Positions 1 through 7,280 of a DNA stretch of 32,000 nucleotides are shown piece after piece. Below the pieces are notes generated by a model. The model saw nothing but the letters and a program-made list of their open reading frames with translations, was not told where the DNA came from and searched no databases. The stretch is from Deinococcus radiodurans R1 = ATCC 13939 = DSM 20539 (lineage in GTDB: Bacteria; Deinococcota; Deinococci; Deinococcales; Deinococcaceae): NCBI RefSeq assembly GCF_000008565.1, contig NC_001263.1:10906-42905 (forward strand), given 5' to 3'. How positions within the stretch are numbered: the stretch's first letter is position 1; each line of letters starts with the position of its first letter. The translations under genes and the position numbers were made by a program.

Positions 1-710
1 CCGCCGATCAGCTGGATGACGTGCTGCTCGATCTCCGGACTGTTCAACAGCTTGATCTGGCTGCTGTCGTTGCCGACGGGAATTACGCGAAGGAACCCAT
101 CGTGGAGACCGTGACGGGTCACGGTCTCCCGTTTATCTCCAGATTGCCTCGCAACGCCAACCTCAACGACCTCTACACCGGTGAGCATCCCAGACGACGG
201 GGGCGAAAGAAGAAGTTCGACGGTAAGGTGGACTTCAGTGACCTGCAGCGCTTCGACCTCGTCTCTGCAAGGCCGACTGAGCGGGTGTGGACGCAGGTGG
301 TCTGGAGCGTGCAGTGGGCGCGGGAAGTGCGCGCAGTCGTCATTCAGCAGATTGGTAAAAAGGGTCAGGTCACCGGCTACGCGGTGCTGTTCAGCACCGC
401 TGTGACCATGCCGGCTCATGAGGTCATGGCGCTGTATCGAAGCCGCTTTGAGATCGAACTGATCTTCCGGGATGCCAAACAGTTCCTGGGGGGCCAGGAT
501 GTGCAACTGCGGTCACAGCAGGGCATCGAGGCGCATTGGAACGTGGTGCTGCTGACCCTGAATCTTTGCCGACTGGAGGCCCTGCGAGCGGCAGGTGGCG
601 GGCAGGATCTGGTGTTCAGTCTCGAAGACATGAAACGCAGGGCGTATAACGCCCTGCTGGCCCAGGTCATTTTATCCAATCTGGACCTCTCGGCTCGCTT
701 TGAAGAATGA
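1..710 (+). CDS. DDE transposase, IS4/IS701-like, 5'-partial
   Basis: Frame is open from nt 3. VVADGNYAK (second catalytic Asp region) and YRSRFEIELIFRDAKQ (Y-x2-R-x3-E-x6-K signature) are present. Confidence 0.8.
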   Translation, partial: ADQLDDVLLDLRTVQQLDLAAVVADGNYAKEPIVETVTGHGLPFISRLPRNANLNDLYTGEHPRRRGRKKKFDGKVDFSDLQRFDLVSARPTERVWTQVVWSVQWAREVRAVVIQQIGKKGQVTGYAVLFSTAVTMPAHEVMALYRSRFEIELIFRDAKQFLGGQDVQLRSQQGIEAHWNVVLLTLNLCRLEALRAAGGGQDLVFSLEDMKRRAYNALLAQVILSNLDLSARFEE

Positions 711-778
711 GCGAATTCGCCGTTCAGTCCGCTGGATTTCGGACTTAAAGCCGCCTAAAACTGCACGAACCATTGTTT

Positions 779-831
779 ATGCGCTCCGCGCAAAATTGCG
801 CCCGGACATGTCCGGTACTCAATTTGAAACC
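779..831. repeat. IS terminal inverted repeat (right end), containing palindrome CCGGACATGTCCGG
   Basis: Reverse complement of 2092-2144 with one mismatch (816 vs 2107). Confidence 0.85.
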
Positions 832-949
832 GTGTGAAGGGTGGCGATCAGTTCGGCGGCGCCTTCCCGACTGTGCAGGAATTAAGCGGAATCCGTATGA
901 GACCAGCGGGCCGTTCTTGCCGAGAGGTTTCTTCTGCATCACCTCGAGC

Positions 950-1831
950 TCAAGCCTGCTGCCCGGCGAGTTGGGAGGCGACAGCTTCTTTCAGGCTGGT
1001 GCTGGGCCTTCCAATCAGTTCGCGCAGGTCGCTGTTGGGCAGCTCCAGTTCGCCCCGCGCCACCCCTTCGTCCGAGGAAACGAGCATCTGCGCGACAGGC
1101 GCAGGCAACCCGAAGCCTTCCAGGGTGCGCTGATAGTCTTCGGGCGCGAAATTGCGGTATTGCACGTCCTTGCCGCTCTGCTTCGACAGTTCGGCGGCCA
1201 GTTCGGACAGGCTGAACGCTTCGTCGCCCGCCAGTTCGTACACTTTTCCGGCCTGTCCGTCACGGGTCAGTGCGGCGGCAGCGGCCTCGGCCAGGTCCTT
1301 GCGGGAGGCGGCGCTGATGCGGCCCGTTCCGGCGGCTCCCAGGACACTTCCGGTCTGCAATGCCTGCGCCAGATCGTAGTTTTCCAGATACCAGCCGTTC
1401 CGCAGGAGGACGAACGGCACGCCGCTTTCGGTCAGCAATTTCTCGGTGGCCTGATGGTCGGCGGCCAGGGACATCCGGGCCGTGTCGGCCTTGAGCAGGC
1501 TGGTGTAGGCGAGCAGTTCCACGCCCGCTGCGCTGGCCGCCTCGATCACCGTGCGGTGCTGGTCCGCGCGGTCATTCAGGTCGCTCGACGAAATCAGCAA
1601 CAGCCGCTGCACCCCCGCCAGTGCCCTGTCCCAGCCTTCCGGCGAGTTGTAGTCGGCCTGACGAATCTGCACGCCGGGCGCGAACAGACCCTGCGCCTTG
1701 GCAGGATTCCGGACGATGGCGACGATGTGGTCGGCAGGCACACCGCGTTCCAGCAACGACGAAACGACGAGCTGACCGAGCTTCCCGGTGGCGGCGGTGA
1801 CGGCGATGGTCGGGGATGAGGTGGAATTCAT
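950..1831 (-). CDS. NmrA-family / atypical SDR NAD(P)H-binding protein (quinone oxidoreductase 2-like)
   Basis: 293 aa. N-terminal IAVTAATGKLG Rossmann motif, NmrA-like length and layout, high GC3. Confidence 0.8.
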   Translation of the reverse strand: MNSTSSPTIAVTAATGKLGQLVVSSLLERGVPADHIVAIVRNPAKAQGLFAPGVQIRQADYNSPEGWDRALAGVQRLLLISSSDLNDRADQHRTVIEAASAAGVELLAYTSLLKADTARMSLAADHQATEKLLTESGVPFVLLRNGWYLENYDLAQALQTGSVLGAAGTGRISAASRKDLAEAAAAALTRDGQAGKVYELAGDEAFSLSELAAELSKQSGKDVQYRNFAPEDYQRTLEGFGLPAPVAQMLVSSDEGVARGELELPNSDLRELIGRPSTSLKEAVASQLAGQQA

Positions 1832-2091
1832 GGTGGACTCCTTTTGGATAGGCTTGAGGAAGCAGATTCAGAGTGTCTGGGCCGGACAGCTTGGAGAATG
1901 ATCTCCCCTCGAAGGCCCATATCGTGGGCGTTTTCCTGAGGGTGCGTCGCGTCGCCCACATGACCACCCGTGAAGCTGGCGAAAGGGAGCATAGGGCAGT
2001 GCTCCAGAAAATCCTTCAAGCGGCTTTGAGAGACTCGGCCACTTCCAGAAGATTAGCCCAGGGACGGTCGTATCCCAAAGCGGAATGATAT

Positions 2092-2223
2092 GGTTTCAAA
2101 TTGAGTCCCGGACATGTCCGGGCGCAATTTTGCGCGGAGCGCATGGAAAAAATACGGCTTTAAGGAGATGGACGGGCATCCGGCGCCTCTTCCGGATGTT
2201 CGGGAATCGGATTAAAGCCGTAT
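2092..2223 (+). mobile_element. Solo left end (about 130 bp) of a second copy of the same IS; no transposase follows
   Basis: 2092-2144 mirrors 779-831. The subterminal motif CTTAAAGCCG is shared with 746-755. A nested hairpin spans 2152-2223. Confidence 0.7.
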
Positions 2224-2427
2224 GAGGGCCAACAGTGTTGCACCAGGTGCGGAACTCAGCGCATAACGCGCTCAGTTCCGCTTTTGTTTTCGGCCCCTCC
2301 CTGAAGATGAACTCGCACTTCAGGGTGCAGTTGACCCGCTCCAGAATGCCCATTCCATCCTTCTGCGACACTTTGACTCTTATCCAGGTCCCCACCTCGT
2401 TACAGGCAGCTTTGAAGTCGTCTGACG
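2213..2427 (-). pseudogene. C-terminal fragment of an rve (integrase-core) transposase, IS3/IS481-like
   Basis: SDDFKAACNEVGTWIRV..GMGILERVNCTLKCEF..ELSALCAEFRTWCNTVGPHTAL matches the G-x-ER-x-N-x-TLK-x-E ... YN-x-x-RPH-x-AL pattern. There is no N-terminal part and it abuts the parB stop. Confidence 0.6.
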
Positions 2428-3294
2428 TTATTCCTCGGCCTCGTAACCCAGGATTTGCAGAATCCGGTCGAGCTCCTCGCGGGAGCCGTAGTTGAGTTCC
2501 ACGCGGCCCTTGTCCTCGCCGGTGATTTTGACGCGGGTGCCGGTGCGGCGGCTGAGGTCGAGTTCGAGCTGCCGGTAAGCGCGCGGCGGGTTGACCTTGA
2601 TGGGCGCGCCCTGCCCCTTGTCGCGTCCGCCGCGCTCGCGCTTGAGCGCTTCGGCCTCGCGGACGTTCAGGCCCCGGCTGCGAATCTGCTCGAAGGCCCA
2701 CAGGCGATCGGCTTCCGGCTGCGTCAGGACGGCGCGGGCGTGGCTGGCGCTGATGCTGCCTTCGTCGAGCGCGCGCAGCACCGGCTCGGGGAGGGTCAGC
2801 AGGCGCAGGGCGTTGGTCACGGTGCTGCGGCCCTTGCCCACCGCCTGCGCTACGCCTTCCTGGTTCAGGCCCTGGTCGAGCAGCGCTTGATACGCCCGCG
2901 CTTCTTCCAGCGGGCCGAGGTCTTCGCGCTGCAAGTTCTCCACGATGGCGATTTCGAGCGCCTCGCGGTCGCCGAGGTCGCGAATCATCACCGGCAGTTC
3001 GGTCAACCCGGCGAGTTGTGAGGCCCGCCAGCGTCGTTCGCCCGCCACGATTTCGAAGGCGTCGCCGCGCGGGCGCACCAGCAGCGGCTGCAACACCCCT
3101 TTTTCGCGGATGCTCTGGGCGAGTTCGGCGAGCGATTCGGGCTCGAACACCTGCCGGGGCTGGTAGGCGGCCTGGGCGATGCGCTCGATTTTCAGGGTCT
3201 GCACCTGTGTTCCCGTCCCTGCCTGCGCGACGGGCTCGCCTTTCTTGGTCAGCAGGGCGTCGAGGCCCCGGCCCAGGCTAGATTTTTTCGACAC
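2428..3294 (-). CDS. parB: Chromosome partitioning protein ParB/Spo0J
   Basis: [19 protein letters not shown] and an HTH ([14 protein letters not shown]) are present. GTG start at 3294 is preceded by GGAGGAGG and overlaps parA by 17 nt. The ORF track extends to 3339. Confidence 0.93.
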   Translation of the reverse strand: MSKKSSLGRGLDALLTKKGEPVAQAGTGTQVQTLKIERIAQAAYQPRQVFEPESLAELAQSIREKGVLQPLLVRPRGDAFEIVAGERRWRASQLAGLTELPVMIRDLGDREALEIAIVENLQREDLGPLEEARAYQALLDQGLNQEGVAQAVGKGRSTVTNALRLLTLPEPVLRALDEGSISASHARAVLTQPEADRLWAFEQIRSRGLNVREAEALKRERGGRDKGQGAPIKVNPPRAYRQLELDLSRRTGTRVKITGEDKGRVELNYGSREELDRILQILGYEAEE

Positions 3295-4027
3295 GTTGCA
3301 GCACCTCCTCCGCCAGGCGCTTGTAAGCGGCGGCCCCACTGGAGAGCGGCGCGAAGGCGTTGATGGGCTTGCCGAAACTCGGCGCCTCCGAGAGCCGGAC
3401 GTTGCGCGGCACCACCGACCAGAACACCAGTTCGCCGAAGTGCTGCCGGACCATCGTTTCGACTTCCTGCGCCAGATTGGTGCGCGAGTCGAGCATGGTC
3501 AGCACGATGCCCAGCACCTTGAGCCGGGGGTTGAGGCCGCCCTGCACGCGCTCCACTGTCTCCATCAGCCCGGCGAGGCCCTCCAGGGCGTAGTACTCGG
3601 CCTGCACCGGAATCAGCAGGGCGTCCACCGCCGCCAGCACGTTCACCGTCAGCGGCCCCAGGCTGGGCGGGGCGTCGACCAGCACCAGGTCGTAGCCCTG
3701 CACGCTCGCCAGCAGCCGCGCCAGGGCGTCGGGGTCGTCGGCCAGTTCCACGCCCGCGCCCGCCAGGTCGGGGGTGGCGGGCAGCACGTCCAGGCCTTTT
3801 TGCGTGGTGCCGAGGGTAAAGTCGGCGCTGCGGGCCGGTTCGCCCAGCGCCTCGTACAACCCCTGTTCGGCCCCGCGCTGCCCCAGCCCGCTGGTGGCGT
3901 TGCCCTGCGGGTCCATGTCCACCACCAGCACCCGGCGGCCCCCGGCGGCGAGGTAGGCCCCCAGGTTGACGGCGGTGGTGGTCTTGCCCACCCCACCTTT
4001 CTGATTGACGACTCCGATGGTTTTCAT
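3278..4027 (-). CDS. parA: Chromosome partitioning ATPase ParA/Soj
   Basis: [17 protein letters not shown] deviant Walker A. ATG at 4027 follows AGGAGA. The ORF track extends to 4168. Confidence 0.93.
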   Translation of the reverse strand: MKTIGVVNQKGGVGKTTTAVNLGAYLAAGGRRVLVVDMDPQGNATSGLGQRGAEQGLYEALGEPARSADFTLGTTQKGLDVLPATPDLAGAGVELADDPDALARLLASVQGYDLVLVDAPPSLGPLTVNVLAAVDALLIPVQAEYYALEGLAGLMETVERVQGGLNPRLKVLGIVLTMLDSRTNLAQEVETMVRQHFGELVFWSVVPRNVRLSEAPSFGKPINAFAPLSSGAAAYKRLAEEVLQRVEKI

Positions 4028-4031
4028 GCCT

Positions 4032-4056
4032 CTCCTGTCACTCCTGGCCCCTCCTG
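4032..4056 (-). repeat. Three CAGGAG (plus strand CTCCTG) repeats phased 9-10 bp directly upstream of the parA start
   Basis: CTCCTG at 4032, 4041 and 4051. The start-proximal copy doubles as the parA SD. Confidence 0.5.
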
Positions 4057-4061
4057 CACAC

Positions 4062-4093
4062 CTGCGCGGCGCCTGCCGGTTGCTCCCGCGCAG
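4062..4093 (-). other. 8-bp stem hairpin in the rsmG-parA intergenic region
   Basis: CTGCGCGG (4062-4069) pairs with CCGCGCAG (4086-4093). No U-tract follows. Confidence 0.4.
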
Positions 4094-4195
4094 TGGCGCA
4101 CAGGTCCAGAGTCTAGAGCAGTTCTCCGAATGGCGTGCTGCGGGGTCCCCGCCCGCGTGGTCCGTCATTCCGCGTCCTGCTCGTCAAATCTGCTG

Positions 4196-4957
4196 TCAAC
4201 GGGACTGTTCTTTCGCTTTCCAGAAGAGCGGCTGATGGGTCGGCACGCCCTCACGGCGGGGGTATTTGGCCGGGGTGGGGCGCTGCTTTTCCAGCACGAT
4301 GAGGGTGCGGGCGTCGCCCGAAACGGGCAGGGTGAAGGGGTCCACTTCGATGATGCGCCCGCCGACTTCGCCTGCCGCCCGCCGCCCGGCGTCGAGTTCT
4401 TCTTCGCTGAGAGGCCCCTTTTGCGCCACGAACACGCCGCCGACGCGCAGCAGCGGGAGTGCCAGCTCGGCGAGCACCGGCAGCGCCGCCACGGCGCGGG
4501 CGACCACCCGGTCATAGCTCCCACGGTGCTCGGCACTTTGCCCTAGTGTCTCGGCGCGGCCCACCTGCGGGGTGACGTTGGAGAGGCCCAGTTCAGCGGC
4601 GGTCTCGCGCACGAAATCGATTTTCTTGCGAATGGAATCGAGCGGGGTCAGCCGCAGCTCGGGGCGCAGGATGGCGAGCGGCAGCGCCGGAAAGCCCGCG
4701 CCGGTGCCGAGGTCAAGCGTCTTCCACTCGCCGTCCAAATGACCGCCGCGCAGGGTGGTCAGCGAGTCCACGAAGTGCTTGAGCACGATGTCCTCTTCCG
4801 TCTTCAGGGCGGTGAGGTTGAGCCGCTCATTGCCCGCGCGCAAGAGCGCCAGCAGCCGGGCAAACTGCTCCTCGTGCGGGGCCACGTCCAGGCCCAGGTC
4901 GTCGGCCCCGCGCCGCAGCAGTTCGCGGCCCGCCGGGGTCAGTGCGTCGGGAATCAC
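4196..4957 (-). CDS. rsmG: 16S rRNA m7G527 methyltransferase RsmG (GidB)
   Basis: [19 protein letters not shown] motif. GTG at 4957 follows GGAGG plus 8 nt. GTGA overlap with the upstream ORF stop. The ORF track extends to 5080. Confidence 0.88.
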   Translation of the reverse strand: MIPDALTPAGRELLRRGADDLGLDVAPHEEQFARLLALLRAGNERLNLTALKTEEDIVLKHFVDSLTTLRGGHLDGEWKTLDLGTGAGFPALPLAILRPELRLTPLDSIRKKIDFVRETAAELGLSNVTPQVGRAETLGQSAEHRGSYDRVVARAVAALPVLAELALPLLRVGGVFVAQKGPLSEEELDAGRRAAGEVGGRIIEVDPFTLPVSGDARTLIVLEKQRPTPAKYPRREGVPTHQPLFWKAKEQSR

Positions 4958-5283
4958 AGGCCATACCTCCGTTTCATGTCCTGGTAGCGCTCGTAGGCGT
5001 GCTCGTCGGTCTGCTCCAGCGGCAGCTCGTCGAGCAGGGGAATAAGGGACTCGCGCAGCGTCTGCCCGCGCATCATCCACTGAAAATAACTGCGCCCGCC
5101 GTGGGTGTAGGGGCCGTAGAGCTTGGACTCGGGGAACATTCCCAGCAGGGTTTCAAACAGCCGCTGGTGCCGGGTGTGCATCCGCAGCGTGACGTGCGGC
5201 TGCTTGCCGTCGCCGCCGAAGTGCCCCTCGCCAATCAGGATGCCGAGCAGCAGCCCGCGCTGAAAGTCGTTCAGTTCGGTCAT
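4954..5283 (-). CDS. Small free-standing single-motif LAGLIDADG-like protein (109 aa)
   Basis: [14 protein letters not shown] aligns to LAGLIDADG (acidic Glu at the catalytic position). Helix-strand periodicity typical of the fold follows. GGGGAG SD sits 5 nt before ATG 5283. Confidence 0.65.
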   Translation of the reverse strand: MTELNDFQRGLLLGILIGEGHFGGDGKQPHVTLRMHTRHQRLFETLLGMFPESKLYGPYTHGGRSYFQWMMRGQTLRESLIPLLDELPLEQTDEHAYERYQDMKRRYGL

Positions 5284-5401
5284 GTGGGCTCCCCTGCGGG
5301 CCCGGCCCACTCACGTCTTTTCGTCACTCTGCCTGTCCGCCAGTCCACCGCCGGACTGTATCAGGCCGCCTCTTGCCCAGGTTCCTTTGACTCAGGCTGA
5401 C

Positions 5402-6142
5402 TCAGTCGTCTTCCAGCAGCAGCTCCAGCCCCCGGCTCGCCGATTCGCGCAGGCTGAAGGTGGCGTCCGGCGTCAGGTCGGTGGCCTCGGGGTTGATTTC
5501 GATGACGGCGCCGCCACGCCGCAGCGTCTCCGCTGCCAGCCCCGCAGCCGGGTAGACCACGCTGCTCGTGCCGATGACCAGGGCGACTTCGGCCCCGGCA
5601 AAGGCCCGCTGCGCCGCGTCCAGCGCGTCTACCGGCAAGTATTCCCCGAACCAGACGATGTGGGGGCGCATCCGCTGGCCATTGGGAGAAAGCGGCGGCA
5701 GCGTCAGCTCGTCCGGCGCGGCCAGGGGAAAGACCTCGCCGGTCAGTTCGTCGCGGGCCTGCAAGAGGTTGCCGTGCAGTTCGACCAGTTCGCCTCCTGC
5801 GCTCCCGCTGCCGGCGCGGGCGTGCAGGCCGTCCACGTTCTGGGTCGCCAGGAAAAAGCCCGGGCCCTTGCGCCGTTCGAGTTCGGCCAGCAGCTCGTGG
5901 CCCCGGTTGGGCTGCGCGGCCAGCACGTCGCGGTAGCGCCCGGCGTACCACTCCCACACGAGGTCGGGGTCGCGGCGGTAGGCGTCCGGGCTGGCGAGGT
6001 CCTCGGGCCGGAAGCGCGCCCAGTGGCCGGTCTGCGCGTCACGGAAAGTCGGAATGCCGCTCTCGGCGCTGATGCCCGCGCCCGTCAGCACGGCGACGCG
6101 GCGGGCAGCCTTCAGGGCGGCGCGGGCTTGGGAAAGGTCCAT
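5402..6142 (-). CDS. cobB: NAD-dependent protein deacylase, Sir2 family (CobB-like), lacking zinc-ribbon cysteines
   Basis: GAGISAESGIPTFR, QNVDGLH, ELHGN and IGTSSVVYPAA motifs. 246 aa with no Cys. Confidence 0.88.
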   Translation of the reverse strand: MDLSQARAALKAARRVAVLTGAGISAESGIPTFRDAQTGHWARFRPEDLASPDAYRRDPDLVWEWYAGRYRDVLAAQPNRGHELLAELERRKGPGFFLATQNVDGLHARAGSGSAGGELVELHGNLLQARDELTGEVFPLAAPDELTLPPLSPNGQRMRPHIVWFGEYLPVDALDAAQRAFAGAEVALVIGTSSVVYPAAGLAAETLRRGGAVIEINPEATDLTPDATFSLRESASRGLELLLEDD

Positions 6143-6241
6143 GCCGTGAGGATAAAGGGCCCTGAAGCTAGATGGCCCTGTAGAGAAAGGGACGAGGCCG
6201 GGAGCGGACGTGAACTCCGCTTACTGGCCCCCTCCCCGCCA

Positions 6242-6595
6242 TCACCGCCGCAGCTTGCGGGCGGCTTCCTCCGGCGTCAGCTCGCCGCGTTCGAGCTGGC
6301 TGAGCACCTCGTCCTGCGGGTCGGGCGCTTCGGGTTCGTAGCCCATCGCTCGCAGCAGGGCATCGAAACGCGAACGCACCGTGGGGTACGAGAGGCCCAG
6401 AACCCGCTCCACTTCCTTGAGGTTGCCGCGCACCCGGATGTAGAGGCGCAGAAATTCGAGGTTCTCGGGTGTCAGGGTGGCGAATTCGTTGAGTTCGAAC
6501 ACCCCGCGCACGGTGGTGCCGCTGGTCGGAAACCGCAGTTCCGTGACCAGCGGCGCTTCGGTTTCGTCGGGAAAAGGCAGAGGCAGCGGGCGCAT
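6242..6595 (-). CDS. DUF2089-family HTH protein with a degenerate (Cys-less) zinc ribbon and a SHOCT-like C-terminus
   Basis: LTPENLEFLRLYIRVRGNLKEVERVLGLSYPTVRSRFDALLRAMGY matches the DUF2089 core. ATG 6595 is preceded by TACCAT-N5. An alternative GTG start lies at 6652. Confidence 0.75.
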   Translation of the reverse strand: MRPLPLPFPDETEAPLVTELRFPTSGTTVRGVFELNEFATLTPENLEFLRLYIRVRGNLKEVERVLGLSYPTVRSRFDALLRAMGYEPEAPDPQDEVLSQLERGELTPEEAARKLRR

Positions 6596-6662
6596 GGGGG
6601 GATGGTAGAGGGTCGGGAGCTTTTGCAGCGCGAACCGCCCCGGCCCTGTCACCGGAGGACGG

Positions 6663-7280
6663 TCACCGAATGCTGATCTGAATCTCGTTCCCCGCGCTGT
6701 CCTCCGCCGTCACGAGGTCGCCGGGCGGCGGGTCAGCCTCGATCAGCAGTTGCAGCGCCTCCAGGCTGAAACCTGCCGCTTCCAGTGCGCGTACTCCGTG
6801 TGGCGGAATCAGCTTGTGCAGATGCGGCGCGAGGCTCAGCGGAAAGTGGGCGTGGTACTCGCTGCCGTCACTCGACTCGGTGTGAACGCTCAGGACACGT
6901 GCCGAGGGCCCCGGCTGCGGGCTTCCCCAGTTCAGGTGCTGCTGGGGTGAGTCGGCGGCGCTGTCCAGGGTGCGGCCCACGAGTTCGGCTGTGCGGTCAG
7001 TCATGGCTTCTCTTCCTCCAGGGCGGCCTCGTCCCGGCTGGGGCGTCCGCGGCGACGGGTCACGCAGCCCGCGCAGCAGCAGCAGGTGCTCGGCAAGTTG
7101 TTCGGCGCTCAGGTTCTCGCGGGCCAGCAGCGAGGCGAGCAGTTCACGGTCACTGCCTTCCAGCGCCAGTTTCGGACTCAGCGCGGCCAGCAGCGGCGCG
7201 GCGTCGTCCAGCGTCAGGCGGCCCGCCTGCACCAGCCCGAGCAGGCGCACCACCTTTTCCCTCATGCGGTCTTCTCTCAC
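6663..7280 (-). CDS. Hypothetical protein with an N-terminal SHOCT-like bihelical motif
   Basis: 205 aa. QAGRLTLDDAAPLLAAL, a P/G/R-rich linker and a C-terminal beta-rich domain. GTGA overlap with the upstream gene. An alternative ATG lies at 7265. Confidence 0.7.
   Translation of the reverse strand: MREDRMREKVVRLLGLVQAGRLTLDDAAPLLAALSPKLALEGSDRELLASLLARENLSAEQLAEHLLLLRGLRDPSPRTPQPGRGRPGGREAMTDRTAELVGRTLDSAADSPQQHLNWGSPQPGPSARVLSVHTESSDGSEYHAHFPLSLAPHLHKLIPPHGVRALEAAGFSLEALQLLIEADPPPGDLVTAEDSAGNEIQISIR

Larger units (their letters stand above)
1..831 (+). mobile_element. Right-hand part of an IS element (IS4/IS701-like); the left part lies outside the window
   Basis: Transposase ORF is open to the window edge. 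Similarity to the inverted copy at 2092-2144 stops sharply at 831. Confidence 0.75.

Noticed and set aside
775-792. TTATGCGCTCCGCGCAA resembles the ends of the Deinococcus radiation/desiccation response motif. TTATGCCGAGTTCAGA at 8224 was also checked.
   Set aside because: Only the TT...AA ends and two central pairs are palindromic. The first lies inside the IS terminus. I found no convincing RDRM palindrome anywhere in the window.
745-942. 65-aa minus-strand ORF with GPLVSYGFRLIPAQ, faintly like the RPH-x-x-LG-x-x-TPAQ end of rve transposases. It shares CCGTATGAG with 2218-2226.
   Set aside because: The ORF runs across the IS terminus. The similarity is short and frame-dependent. It may be a relic, but it cannot be supported as a feature.
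1873-2088. 71-aa ORF divergent from the NmrA gene, considered as the N-terminus of an HxlR/TetR-type regulator truncated by the IS end at 2092.
   Set aside because: No convincing HTH signature in any frame. Codon usage is poor and the ORF is too short to support.
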